64,000 nt of DNA from Paraspadella gotoi (taxonomy: Eukaryota; Animalia; Chaetognatha). Numbering within the stretch: position 1 is the stretch's first letter; every line of letters begins with the position of its first letter. The notes below the pieces were generated by a model. That model was given only the letters and a program-made list of their open reading frames with translations, did no database searches and was not told the DNA's origin. The translations under genes were made by a program, and so were the position numbers. Below are positions 14,315-28,559 of this stretch, one piece after another. The stretch lies in contig CM119265.1 of the NCBI GenBank assembly GCA_051294375.1, forward strand, positions 16,953,172 to 17,017,171. The letters are read 5' to 3'.

Positions 14315-16126
14315 CTTCTCTCCTCTCTCATCTCTCTCTCTTTCTCCTCTCTCTCTCTCGGGTCCCTTTACCCTGTTGGTTAATCGTCGTCGCCTTCGAT
14401 AAACAAACATTGAAATTTGGTGTCACTACCTGGTTGTGCTCGGCGAAACACGCAATTCTCATATTCGAGAGAGAGCTCTGAGAGACTCGTTGAATATGTG
14501 CACTAAAGAAAAATATGAGAGACCCACGCCCGTCCGCACACAAGTTTACTCGCACGCTTCCCCCACCTCCAGCCAACCCTGCCCCCCCCCAACCCCAAAC
14601 GCTTTTCCCTCCGCTTTTTTTTTCCCTCGGCTCAAATTCTAGACTTAATATTGATTTTTCCAAGATAGTTTCCATGAGCCCGGAGCCAACTTCCATTAAT
14701 TTGGCACGGAATATGGATACTTTTATCCAGTTTTCCCCTCCCACGAGAGAACATAGTGAGAACGGCTTAATATAATTTGGGTTTTATTTTTCCGAATTAT
14801 TATTCAAGCGGCGATCTTTTCCTCTACTCTTCCTACCCCTCCAAGGGCCTCTCCAAACTCACGCCAAAACGCTGTTCAGCCATGGGCTCGTTGTAAAGTA
14901 AAATATTCCCGGCGGAAGAAAAAAAAAGTTTTTTTTTTGTTTTTGCCAACAACACATTAATAAAAAAGTTAATAATTATGATTTTGGGGGGGGAAAAAAT
15001 TTATTTAAATTTTTACTTCCTCCCACCTCTCCTGTTTCTGGCCACATGATAGAATTATTAAAATTATAAAACTTAATTACGCGACGTCATAGTAATTTCC
15101 GCCAGGGCCAGGTTCCCTCAACCCGCCCGTACGAAAATTTCCCGCCATAAGTGAAAGTTCCTAAATTTCAATACTCTGTCGCGGCTTCCATTTTCAATTC
15201 GTCGATACGTGTCGAAAAAAACCGCACGCCGCCGATGCGGCGCGCCCTCTGTTCCTCTCCACCGCCTCCACGGCGCCTTCCGCCATCCTGAAAAAATGGG
15301 CGCGCAAGGTTTTATCGATGTTATTGGCATCCGTATAGCGACGATATACGATGAAATATGTACGACGACCGGAGAAGCTCGGGTTTCCCATTTTGCGGCC
15401 AATTAAGAGATTTTTAATGTACAACAGCCGATAAAGGATATCTCGTCGTCGAGGAGAAAAAAAAAAAGGCGAGGTTGTAAGCTTGATAGAGACAGAGGAG
15501 GGAGGGCCAAAGACGGAGAATGAGATTGGGGGGGAAGAAACTCTCGCGCAGCATTTAATATGTAGATAAGATGAGGCTGATGCCATTGGCTGCCAGAACC
15601 GAGTTGTTTTAGCTATTAAAACCGGCGCGAGCTAGTGTTTATTGCACTGTTCAAAGAGGTGCTCTGGTTTTCTGAGTTTTAGTAAGGCACAACTCTATCT
15701 CAAACTCGGTCCACCCCTCCTTCCCCGCTTGAAGTTCGGGTTTTGAAGTTGTGGGTAGCGAGGGTCCGTATCTCTCCTCTCTCTCTCGCTCCGAGTTGTC
15801 GCGGTTTCTTTCCCATTGCTCTCCCACCGCCACCCCCCTCTCCCGCCTCCTTCACCCCCCCACTCCGAACTCGGCGACGCGCTCGACTCGCTCGCGCAAC
15901 ATTAAACGCGTATATACATAGATACTCACGTCGGCGGCCCGCGTTCACGTGACCCGTGGCGTGACATCAGTCAAAATTTATTGAGTTCAGGCACGACGTT
16001 AATTTATTCCGCGGGCTTCGCGCGGAAACGAGGGGGAGTGGGGGGGGAAAGTCGGGGGATAGGGAAATAGGGAAAGCGAGATGTTTGGGTTTTGAACTAG
16101 TAACCGCGTATCTACTTTTTCCGATC

Positions 16127-16164
<38 letters not shown>

Positions 16165-19100
16165 GAGAGAGAGAAGGGAGAGAGAGAGAGAGAAGAGAGA
16201 CACTCGCCCGCTTTCATTGCACCAACCTACTTTTTTTTCGCGTTTGGCAATTATTAAATGCTCGCAGATTGCTACCCTCCTAAACATTAAAAACAGAAAA
16301 ATGCGATAAACTTTCGCAGAACGGAGAGAAAGCGCAGTAAAGAAAAAAAAAGAAAAAAAAAGAAAAAAAAACCGTTTATTCGTTCCATGGGGAACGTCAT
16401 TGCCGCTTCCTCTTCTGCCCCCCCCCCCTCTTTCTCTCTCTCTCGATTACGATGGAGAAAATTCTGCGCATTGTCGTTTGCCCCGTTAAATAAAAACGCA
16501 ACAGTTGAAATTTCCATTTTCATTAAGAAGCGGTTCCTTGGTTCGGGCGCAATACTTTGGGCGAGAATTGATGTCTTAACATTCCGACTCTGAATCATAA
16601 AACTTTTCTCTCCCGAGTTTATGGCAAAACTCGTGCGACGTCTATGAGACGTTTAAGGAGTGTCTTTTTTTTTTTTCTTCTTTTCCCGCGGTTCCCGACA
16701 ATTTTTTTTTGAATTCGTCATCATCTTTTTTCTCAGATTTTTACAGAATCTGTAATAATCTGTATACAGATCATTTTACTTTTTTAAAAAATATAAATAT
16801 GAATAAAAAGATTTGAAAATCTATGAAAATAAGCGGAAACTATTATTTTTTTTTTTAAATTCGTTGTACTGTTCACCCACAGTACATTCTTTCATTTATC
16901 TCTGGCAAAAAAAAAAAGACCCCGTCGCCGGAAATAATTTCATTGCTAAAAAAAAAAAAAAATTTGCAATCCTCGTAATGAAAAGCGTTGGGAGCGACGT
17001 CGTAAAAAGAGGATCCACCTGAGAGCACCTATGCATCATCTAGACTATTCATTGCGACCGCAAATTTCCGTTATATATTTACATGTGAATCTCCCCCAAA
17101 ATGGAACCTCCATCCCCGCCTCCGGTTTTTAAAGAAGGAAACCGTTTCATTGCAAAAAATGATATTAAATTCGGGAGGGAGAGGAAAGTGAGAGAGAGTA
17201 AAAGGGAAGGCCTCCCTTTCTAAAACCCGGATGCTCGATCGGGGCCTCCCTTAATGGTCCCTTCACTCATCTGTCATTGAAGACTTGATTTCGGGCGGAG
17301 CCAGATGAGGCCGCGAGGTCCCCGATGTGCCATGCTTCACGAACTTGCTTCCGTATTAATTTTTGTTGTTTTGTTGGAAATTCAAGCTAAAGGCGAGAGA
17401 GCGAGCGAGCGAGAGAGCAAAGAGAAGGGAGAGCGGAATTTAAACTGATGCGGGGGAGCGGCGCGCCGCGGGGGAGATGGAAGGTGAGCGAGCGTCGTTT
17501 GAGTGGTGGGGGGGGGGTGGTGGTGAAGGGCTAATTCTTTATAAAATTTCGGAGTCGAATCTCATTCGGAAAACGAAGATCATCGTGACCCACGAAAAAA
17601 CGTCAACGTAGATCCAAGATGGCGGCTTTTTTCTTGGTCCCAGATCGGGACAATTCTTTCGATGGACCGAAAGTGAACATTCTGGGAAAAGAGTGGAGAA
17701 AAGTGAGTGAGACAGACGAAAATTAGGAAGAGAGAGAATGAAAGAAAAAGGTTTGAAATAAAGTGGCGATTGGCGGGGGGAGACGTGAGCTTAAATGCTT
17801 GTTAAGAAAAAAAAGGGTTAAGAATAGAGACAAAAAAATCGAACGTAACATGAAATGGTCAAAAGAAAAAAAAAGAGAAAAACTGAAGAATTAAACGATA
17901 AAGCTTTCTTTCACTATTTTTCAAACAAAGAAATTCCGTAACAGACAATGCAAATAAAGGGTGATTGAAAGGGCGAGAAACAACCCTGGCATTTCGGAAA
18001 ATAGAAGTCACGACTTACCCGCGACCCAACCGAAAATGGGAAGGGTTCAAGTCTCTCGAAAAACTGGCTCTCCCATCTCGATCCTTCGGTTTTGTTTGCG
18101 CGGATCCAAAAATGCGTCGACAGATGCGGGCCAATAAACTATAAAAGGAATAGGGGCATTGAAATGGAGAAAGTGTTGATTATTCGCGAAAAAGACGAAC
18201 CACGCTGAGGGTTTAATAATGAGTGGGCGGTTCGAGGGTGGCACAAGATGAGAGAGAGAGAGAGAGAGAGAGAAGATGAGAGAGAGATGAGAGAGAGAGA
18301 TGAGAGAGATGAGAAGAAGAAGAGAGAGAGAGGAGAGAGAGAGAGAGAGAAGTAAAAGAATAAAAAAAAGATAAAGAAATTAAAAAGGGAGAAGTAATTC
18401 TTTCTTCCAGCGAAGAAGCCGTCGGGCGATGGGGCCTGCCGGGCGTTTACGGTTTATCGAAAGCCTTCGAGAGAAATTTTATGTAAATCAAATCGCCGAC
18501 TATCGCATTAACTTTCGAGTGACGGGAGGGAATCACTTAACTGGGGATCGCCTCGATAAAAACTCGTTTTTATCTAAGATACATTCTGCTCTTTCGATTA
18601 CAATTGACCCTATGGCCCAATTTTCTAATTCCTGCTTGTTTAAAAGCCGGGATCTCGATTTTCTTTTTCTATTTAATTTTTCTTCTTTCTCAATTCTGCG
18701 CTTTCTCTTGTTTTTGATTTCATTTTATCTTTTCTTCTTATTCTTTCTTTCTTTATTTCGCCCCCGCTCGAAGACCAGCGGGTTCCATTCTTCCATATGA
18801 GCGCGCAACGACGAAAGAGGCTTCGCTCTGTTGGAAATAATTGTTCTCTCAATGGGTTCGTCCATTCGGTCTTCCTCGCGAGAAACGAGACCAGAGCTGT
18901 TCGCACTGGTCCGAGGGTTTTTTTTGTCTCGGAGAGGATTCTTTTTTGGCGATACTACAATGTCTTAACCATTCCCTCCCTTTCCACTTTTTTTCATTTT
19001 TCCGGCTATAAATTATCCTTCCTTCATTTCGTACGGGTTGTTTTAAGACTTAAAACCTCTTCGATGAAGATGGTGAGGAAAAAAACCTGCCAAAAGCAGA

Positions 19101-20525
19101 CCCCCAAAAAAAAGATGGTATCAATTATTTAATATATTATAGATCGAATTTTCTCTGGCTTTACTATTAATATTTAATTACGGAGAGTTGCGTTGAGCAT
19201 TGATGAGGAGGACCAAGGATAAAGAGATTGTCGGGGGAAGAGGAGAAAAGAGACGGGGTTCGCGCGGTTTCAAGAAAAAAAAAGAGTTGATGCAGCTTTT
19301 GTCCGATGAAGGCAGCTGCTCTGATTCGATTTGGAACAAAGAGTGTTCGCGTGGTAGAGGGTTAGCCCTTCTGCGCGAAAGCCTTGCGTTCGATTTCCGA
19401 CTCCGCGTATTAATGTAGTTTGACGACATTTGTAGTTGTCGATGTTCGCGCGTATGACGACTAAGATCGAGAAACTGAAATGGTTAGAAATCGACGGATC
19501 AAACTCGATGCCTCGCGGTGAAGAAAAAAAAATCGCTTCTTCGTCGTCTCTGCCGATGGATGAAAACCTTGATTTCACGATAAAAGAAATAACTAGCGTT
19601 TGTATAAATGCCAACATACGACGAATGTCAATGCTGAGAAATGGGATTTTTCGGATATTATTTTATTTCCTTTATTTAGGCCAATTAAAAAAAACAGAAA
19701 AAAACTTGGAAGTAAACAAGATTCTTTCCTTAACTTAATTTATCAAAAACTTCTCCATTATCTATCAAAACAAGGAAAGGCGAGGGAAAAGAACGAAATT
19801 TTTCAAAGTGCGAAAAATTCGAGTTAAAATCTTAATGCGTACATCATGAGCGAACAAATATGTATTCTCATTTTTTTACTTGTACGTTCCAATTTCGTTA
19901 CACCAATAATTCGTTATTTCCTCCTCTTCAGGACAAATTTTCCGGTCCGTTGACGCCCTCGTCACCGCCGCATCTCCACGGCAGCTTGTCCAAAGAAATT
20001 CCACCGCCGCCCCCAACCGACGTCGTCTCAACGCTTTTTCGCCCTTCAACTTTTTCCGGGCGGCCACCAGGCCAAAAAGGATCTCTCTCTTCGATTTTTC
20101 TAAAAAAAATTTCACGTCTGTTACTTTTTTTGTTGTGCGGATTTTTCGTCAAAAGTTCGATCGATATAACAAAGAAATAAGAAAACTTAAGCATCAACGA
20201 AAATAAATAAAAAAAAGGGAAAAAAAAGAAATAAAGAAGAAAATCTCCTTTAAGAGCTCTTCCTCTTTTTTTTATTCCTCTACTTTTAACGAGCGAAAGA
20301 AATAAACGCTTCGTTTAAAATCGACAACGACGACGACAACGTCTCGTGTTATTCTTTTAACTCGTATTTACACAAACACGAGAAAAAGAAAAGAAAATCG
20401 TTTTGTCGTCGTCGTCGTCGTCGTCGTCGTCGTCTTTGGAGATAAGGTGAATCCCGACGAACAAGAATTGGCAAATTACTTTTTTTTCATTGCAGCCATA
20501 TAAACTGAAATGAATCGGGGAGGGA
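5771..20525 (+). repeat. Copy 1 of the zinc-finger gene 5' block (upstream region, exon 1, intron 1, partial exon 2)
   Basis: Colinear with 20551-34306 and 38540-51384. Bounded by two exactly 25-N gaps (5746-5770, 20526-20550). The gene-derived part breaks off inside exon 2 at ...ccaggccaaaaagg (~20078). Confidence 0.85.
12618..12871 (+). pseudogene. Frameshifted copy of zinc-finger gene exon 1 (likely sequencing-error copy)
   Basis: atggccctgatg..agccgctcgacttctcc...cag|gtg matches 44039-44299 but with several 1-nt indels and no open frame. Confidence 0.7.
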
Positions 20526-20550
20526 NNNNNNNNNNNNNNNNNNNNNNNNN

Positions 20551-20579
20551 GGAGAGGATGGAGAGATGAGAGAGATGAT

Positions 20580-20613
<34 letters not shown>

Positions 20614-21060
20614 TAGACGATGAGAGAGAGAGAGATGAGAGGCGAAGAGGAGAAGAGAGAAGAGAGAGAGAGAGGAATGTTTAAATTTTGGGTATGATGA
20701 CGGAGGATGACGAAGATGACGATTAACGACTCAATGTGTAAGATCTTTCCCCCCCCCTTCCATTTCTGACCTTCCCGGGCACCCACGGTTTACCAACCGG
20801 TTACGCTCTGTCTCTCTCTCGCTCTCTTTCTCCCGCTTTCTATCTCTTGTCTCGCTTCCATCTCCTCTCTCAATCTCTCACACGGAGTAGTGGCCGGCCC
20901 CTTTCCTTTCGCTCCCCGACGAGGTCTTATCTTCCTCCTTCTCGTCCATAATTTGTTATCATTCATTTCTGTGCCGCCGTCGATCTGAACGTCTTAGGCC
21001 TTTCAGCTCTTAGTTAATCTTCCTCCATTTTTAATTTTCTTTTCCTTTCATTATCACGCT

Positions 21061-21127
<67 letters not shown>

Positions 21128-21249
21128 GTACGTCGTTCTCGGCCATTTGAAGGATTTTTAGTTTGTATTAGCCCATAAATCAGGAGGGCGAAATTGCGCT
21201 AGCGAGGAAGAGGAAGGAAGACGGTTTTTTTATTACTCTCCTCTCTTCT

Positions 21250-21293
<44 letters not shown>

Positions 21294-22055
21294 TTCGCCA
21301 ACGGTATATAAGTAAGGCGGAAAGTGGCGGAGGGCTGGAGAGCATAGAGAAAAAGAGGAAAAAGCAACCTTTAAATAAAAAAAAATTTCACAAATCTTAA
21401 AATCCAAATCCCCTCACACTTTCATTTACTTTATCTCATCTTTTCGCGCTGTCGCGTTTTGTGGAAGGCGAACGATTTCGTCGAGTCGATAAAAATTTAC
21501 AGTTTTCTTACGTCTCCCCACCTGTTCCGTGTGTATCGGAAAAGGTTCTTTTCCCCATTTATTCTCACCTGTGTTAAAAGTATCGGAAAACTTGTTTTAC
21601 TTTCGGCGCGCTTATAAGGACAAGAAGCGCTTCTTGACTTTCTATTATAATTTCTAATACTTGTGTATGACGATATTAATCTATAATAATAGTAAATAAT
21701 TAAGTAACTATTTTAAATGGTGGTTGGCGTTTACCCTAGATCGATATTAAATCTCATATTACTTTTTGTTTTTTTTCCTTCTTGGAAATCTTTTCCGAAT
21801 TTCACGACAGGTCATTTGTGAAGTATCTTTCGTATTTAAAATATTTTCTGTTAAAGTAATAAAATTAAAAAATATCAGAACTCTACTTATTTCAACTACG
21901 CTCATACCGACACATCGATCATCGCACGCTTGTGTCGGCGTTCTTCCTTGTCGACACTATACGGCTCTCGCCGAACACGCTCTGCCGACGCAGCTCTACA
22001 ATGAGAAGAATCTTCTCTCGTGTCTCTTCTCTCTCTCTCTCTCTCTCTCTCTCCT

Positions 22056-22100
<45 letters not shown>

Positions 22101-22935
22101 ATATTCCCCCGACAACGGCGTTTCATTCCTCTCCCGAATCCCGGTGGCCTTTGTCTTTCCGTTAGACAACCCCCCCCCCCCAAACCTCAACCCCATTTTC
22201 CTTTCTCACCCATCGTAGTCTTCTTCTCTTTCCATTGGCAGGCTGTCGTCCGTGCGTCGTCCCCGTGGAATCGCCAGGTCGACACGTGACCGGCCTTCTT
22301 TGATTCGTTTAAGTCGCCTTTTCCTCTCCTCCCGCATCCCCCCCCTAGTGGCCACAGATCGGTATCGCTGGCCTCCCTCTTACTCGAGGTCACCTATCGA
22401 GCCCTTCTCCGGCCCATGCCTCCGCCTTCCATCTTGGTCGCTCGAAAAAAAATAAAAATAACTGAAAAAAAAAAGAAAAGAAAAGGTTTTAGGAAAGAAA
22501 AAAAGAAACGTCTCCCTTCCCCTGACTAAAGACGAGAAATAAAAAAAGCCCAAAGATCACCACCGCCCCCCCATCAATTCTTGAATCTCGTTGCCGGATC
22601 ATCAAGCGTATGTGAAAAAAGGCCCCTTTTGCGCCCCTTTGGCCTTCCAACCCGGTCCATCATCATTCTCCTCATCCCTCCTCCTCGCCCTCACCCTTTT
22701 TCGCTCCTCTCCTCTCCTCCTTCGCCCTGTTTCTTTCTTCGTCGACGTCGTCGTTCCCTCCTTCTGCTCTTCTCTTCCTCCTCCTCTTCTCCCGAGAACG
22801 AACGACTCCGTCGCTCGTCTCTGATTCCCGCGCCAATCCTTCACCAGGCACCAAAGTTTTTGTCCACGTGACCCGACGACGACGAGAGGACGACTACGAG
22901 TTCGAGCGACGAGTCCAAAAACACAGACCAATCGC

Positions 22936-22985
<50 letters not shown>

Positions 22986-25900
22986 CTCTACTCTCTCTCT
23001 CTCTCCTCTCTCTCTTCTCTCTTCTCTCTCTCTCTCTCTCTACTCTCTTCAAGAAAAAAAAAGCTTCTCTCGCTCGCTAGTTCTCTCCTTTCTCTCGATC
23101 TACCCGTGTGTTGCGTCGCATATTCTCTAGCCCTAACGTCGTCGCTCGGCCGGTTTTTAACCCTTGGTTTCGGTCATCGTCGTCGTCGTCGTCGTCGTCA
23201 TCTTCCATCGACTTGTGAATCAAAAATTAATTTTCCTTTTCGTTCTCTTCTCGTTCTCGATCCCTTATCCGCTCGGCGCTGGCCCCTTCGAAATTAACCG
23301 GACACGAAAAGAATAAAAATTTAACTTACTATAATTTTATTCTTTTTTTCTTCTTTCTTGTCACTACACGAATATTTTTGTGGGAAGGGAGCGCCTTAAA
23401 ACTAGAGTCATCGCCTATCTTTGGAGTCGGCGATGTTCCTACGTTTTGCTTCATTTTTAAGGAAGATCCTTTTTTTTTGTTTGTTTATTTCTTTTCCTTT
23501 TTTTTTTAATTTGAGTCGCTTTAGAGAATCTCATTTAAAAAAAAATTTCGGGAAAAAATTCTTTCGTTCGTCGCTGCCGGAAAAAAATAAAAGCGGAAAG
23601 AAAAAATTGTTCCAAGAAAAAAATTAATTGAAAAAAAAAACCAGGTTCGTTAAAAAGGGGAAAGATTCTTTACGTAATAAGCGTGCCATTTCGGTTTATT
23701 CCCCCCCCACAAAAAGAAAACGAGTTAAAGCGTCGTTCTATTAATTGACGAAAAGGTGACAAGCTATACGGGACGAAAAAGTCAAACAAACAAAAAAGAC
23801 AAAAAAGGTTTATACGACGACAAGAGGAGACGACAAAGAAGACAGATCTCCGAAAACAGTTTTCTCCTCTCCTCACTCTCTATTTTCTTCACAGACGAGG
23901 ATTTTAATTGGGCCTTCGAAGATCGAAAAAAAAAAAAAAAAAAACAAACAGCGAATATCGAACTAATATCTGCCAACGTTATGATTTTAAACGTGTGGTT
24001 CCTTTATTTTCGTTCCAGGTCAAAGTTTAAAGAAACTAAAAAATTCGCGCCGGAAAAAACACATAAAAAAACAAAGAATCTTTTTTGCGGCCCTAACGTT
24101 CCCGGTTTCTCGGGATTTTCTTCACTTTCGTCCTCGTGAAACGTTCACGTCGTCTTAGCGATACGCTGTCACGCGCGCCCCTTTCGCGCTTCGCGATGCA
24201 CTTTTGTAAGACGCTGACGTCACTCGATAGGGTGGGGGGCGCCCACGAGGCCAGGGAAGAAGAGAAGCCGCTTTTTTTTCGCCGTCGAGAATGACGACAG
24301 AACGGCGGGGCGCTATCCATGTCGTTCTTCGTTGGGTCGTCGTGGCGCAGCGATAGTCCGTCGTCCTCCTCCGGTTACTTATCTCGCCGTGTCGTCCGTT
24401 CGACGCGCCTCATTTTTTTTTTTTAACTTTATTACGATTTGTATTTGACTTCGTTCGCTTTGTCTTCCTTTCTTCTTTTGGTTCCTCTTCTCGTCGGCGT
24501 AATCGGCTTCGTCGGCGTCTTGGCGTTAGAATTAAGCGACGCCTCTGTCATCTTCATTCCACCTCATTGTCTCTCTTCTTTTTTACTACTTCGCCGAGGA
24601 ATCGCTTTGCGACCGATCTTTGTGACTCGAGTCAGCGACTCAGAAATCTAGTATCTAATTCTTTGAACTCAGTCGGACCTCAGTGGGACTCTGGACTCAA
24701 TCGATCTCTTCTTTGACTCGTTGTGACTATGACTCGGCCCTTTTATCCCTTGAACTTTTTCTGTTGATTATCTAGTGTATTTCCATTTTATTACTCAACC
24801 TTACTCAACCTTTCTCACTTTCGGGCCGATCGATTTGAGTTCACACCCAAGTCTTTCACTCGAATCTGCTTCATGTTTCTCTCCGAAGCCTCACAACTAT
24901 GAAAGGCCATTTTCCGTGTTTGTAATTATTAATTTTACTCCACATTGTCTACACTAATAAACGTCATTAAGTTAACTCTATAGTTTCATCCCTCCACTTT
25001 TAACTTTTTTCCTTCCTCCCATTTCCATCCCTCCACTTTAAACTTCTTTTCTTTCCTCCGTTTCATCCTCCACTTTTAAACTTCTTTCCTTTTCTCCGTT
25101 CTCCCTCGGTTTTTCACCGCGATTTTAATGAAAACGTTCGCCATTCGCTCCACTTCGTCTCTGCCGTCCGCCGCCTGCAGGCAAATTCAAACATTTCGCA
25201 AAAGATTCTCTCACTATTTTTTTTCTTTCTTTCTTTCTTTCTTTCTCTTCTTTTCTTTCTTCTCTTTCTTTCTTTCTTCTTTCTTCTTTCTTTTTAGTTT
25301 TTACCGTGTCCGTTCGCGAGTGACACCCAAAAAAATCGTACCATTTCTCACTGGATAAATGTTTTTTTAAAATTTTATTTCCTCATTCTGTAGCAAAGTA
25401 CTAGACGTTTATTTATATTTTTAATTTCATAGATTAATATTGATATCTTACTTAATGTAAAACAACCCTTTCTTTAATGGTCATCAAATTCCGATCTTCA
25501 GTAAAAAACTGAAATCTTTTTAAAAAAATCATTTATAAATTGAATTACTTAAAATTATAAAATTCATTTATGACTATTAAATTAAGAATTACTTGGGAAA
25601 TAATATTAAAAAATTATTCAAGAAACGTCGTGAAGAAATGCTCAGGAACAGCATTTTTCTAATTGGACGAAATAAAGAAAACTTAAGATTAACAGAATAA
25701 AAAAATAATAAAAAAATCATACTCTAGAAGTTACACAACATTACCGATAATCGAGACCACCAATTGATTAAAACAATTAATAGGGATTTTCTTATGTGTA
25801 AAATTTTTTAAAACTCAATCAAGAAACACGCTTAAAAATGGTCTTTTTTTCGACAATTTTATATGTGTTAAATAAAAAATTAAACAATAGAATAGTAAAA

Positions 25901-28477
25901 TAAATGAAACTTATACATAAAAAAGTCAGTAGTTCTCAAACTAATGATATACTTAATAAATAATATTTATTAAAATTTAAAGTATAGTAAAGATTTTTTT
26001 TTGTGTCACTCGCGAACGGACACGGTGTAGTTTGTTGCTCTTCTCATGACCAAAATTTAATCTACTTTTTCTCCCGAATCTCCCTTTTCTCTCTCTCTTT
26101 CTCTCATACTCTCTCACTCCCCCCTTTTCGTTCGATTTCCTCTTCCACTCCTTTTTTTTTTTGTTTTCAATTTCATTAAACGAAATGCATTTTTGGACTT
26201 TCTACTAGAAAAAAAATTCTTCGAAACGATAGGAAAAAAAAAAAGATTTTCTTAAATTTTTGATAGTAACCCATTTTTCTTTTTCTCTCTTCTTCTCTCA
26301 GCTTCTTTAAGTCGCCGTGTCGAATTTTTTGTTTCTTTCAAATTTTGTCATTGATGAAAGTAATCCCATTTGGTTGTATCTGCAGATCCCATTACCGGCC
26401 AAACGCCATGACAGCTTCTCTATGATCTCCTTCATTCTTTCCATTGTCCTCGTTCTCTCCCTCTTCGTCGGAGAAAAAAAAGACTAAGTCTAGCATGAAA
26501 AGAAAGGAAGAAGAAGAGAAAAAAAAAAGGAAAGAGAAAAACTCTGGTTTCTTTCTCCTTAAATTTCCCCTCACGATCCATCGCGGCCGAGAGGAAAAAG
26601 ACGGATAACGGCGTCCCTCGTCTCGCTCTCCATCTTCCACTTCCGCTCTCTAGCTTCGCCACGTCACGAAGCGAAGACTTTTCACCCTGTAAACGAATTC
26701 CCGCTTCTTTCCGGACAAAGTACAACGACAACAAAAACTTTATATTCTTAGCCGCCACGCCCGGTTTTCTCATTTTCGACAAAATGGCCCTGATGGATAG
26801 CAGCCGCTCGACTTCTCCGCCGGATCGAAATAAGGCAAGTGAGGCGCCAGGTTTATCGCCGACCTTCGAGCGACGCGCATGATGGGCGCCGGGACTCGGC
26901 GAGGACCGACAGCGCGCTGGCAGCGACGTCATCGCCCGCTAGTCTTCACCCACCGCCCCTGGGATGTCGGGCATGTCCATGTCCCGAAGACTCGGGCCGA
27001 GAGATGTCGCCGCGAGGAGAGCAGTCCGCAGTCGAGTCTTCACGTACAGGTGAGTTATTGTGGTTTGAATTTTGTTTATCAGTAGTAAATTTAAAGTACC
27101 TATTTTCAATATCTTTTAAGTTAATTTTTTGGAAAATAAGATCGTTCAGCAATATTTATTTAACTGTTAAATTATGGCTCATCAGAACGACCAAAAAAAT
27201 TTTCGAAACGATTTAAAAAAAAATTATTAACTAATCTATAATATTGAACTTTTTTTGACTGGCCTTTCTATCTTTCAAGCGAACGTGAACATTTTTCATA
27301 TCGCGCGCTAAAGGATCATAAAATCAAATTAAGAGCGAGTAATCGGGTCTCATAAACTAGATATCGAAATTTTTATCGCGGACTAATTTGTTTACTCTTT
27401 AAAAATTGAAAAAAAAAGAAGCGACGGGGAAGAGCTTAACGGCGGCCGGGGCAGGAAGGCTGTCAAAGTTTTTCGCGTTTCGGTTCGAAAGAGAAAAAGA
27501 AAAAAAAAAGGAAAAAACAGAGAGCAGAGTCGAATGAGACTTTTCTTTGACATGAGTCATCGCAATCGTTCAGTGCATCACAATCAGAATCGAGGGGGAA
27601 TTGTTGACGCTAACGAAACATTTGCGCTCCGAGTTTTCCGCGGCTTCATCTCGTTAACTACGTCTGTTCGTGCTATTTGGCCAATGAGCCCTTCTCGTTA
27701 AACGTCCGAATCGGGAAGATAGACAACACTCTTATGGAGTTTGAGATGATTCAAAAATCGAAATAATGACCGTCTCCGTCGTCCGTCTGTCCGTTTGTAA
27801 CCTGCGACTCCCCCGCGTTTAAAAGTTCAAACGTAAGCAAAGTCCGCTGGACTCCGTGCGTCGATATAACAAACCCGCCTTTTTCTAGCCCGCGGGCCAG
27901 ATCGCGCAAACCTGAAAAACGGAAGAAAAAAAAAAGGCGAAAAAAAGCGGCGGTGATCCACCATCTTTTGGGTCACGCAACCTTTCCATTTATTTAATGA
28001 CTATGGAGTCGCGCGAGGAACCTGTTACGTTTATCGTTCTCGAAATTCGATTCGACTGAGAGAGCGTCTTCTCGATCTTTTCTTCCCGATTTAAATTCTC
28101 TCTTCTTTTTCTTCTCGTATTCGTGAAAGCATAAACACGGAAGCGGCTTATCCCGCGACGCGCGGAAGAAACCGTCTCTGTAAGCGTCGGAGACGAATAT
28201 CGATAAACGGAACGAGCAAACGTGAGAGCAAACACTATTCTACGCGAGGAAGGGGGGGGGCTGCGGAGGTTCGGTTTTACGAGAAACAGGCAAAGGGCGC
28301 GCCGTCTCCCCTTTGGAGAAAGAGAGGAGACGCGGCAAATTATCGATTTCTCTCTCTCGTTGCTCTCTCTTAAAGTATTTCCAGTAAATAGTCTTCCAGT
28401 TGGTAAGTGTCATTGAAATAGTTTCCAATTTTTTCTTCTTCGTTAATTTTCCCCTCCCGATCCCAACCCTCTCTCTT

Positions 28478-28559
<82 letters not shown>
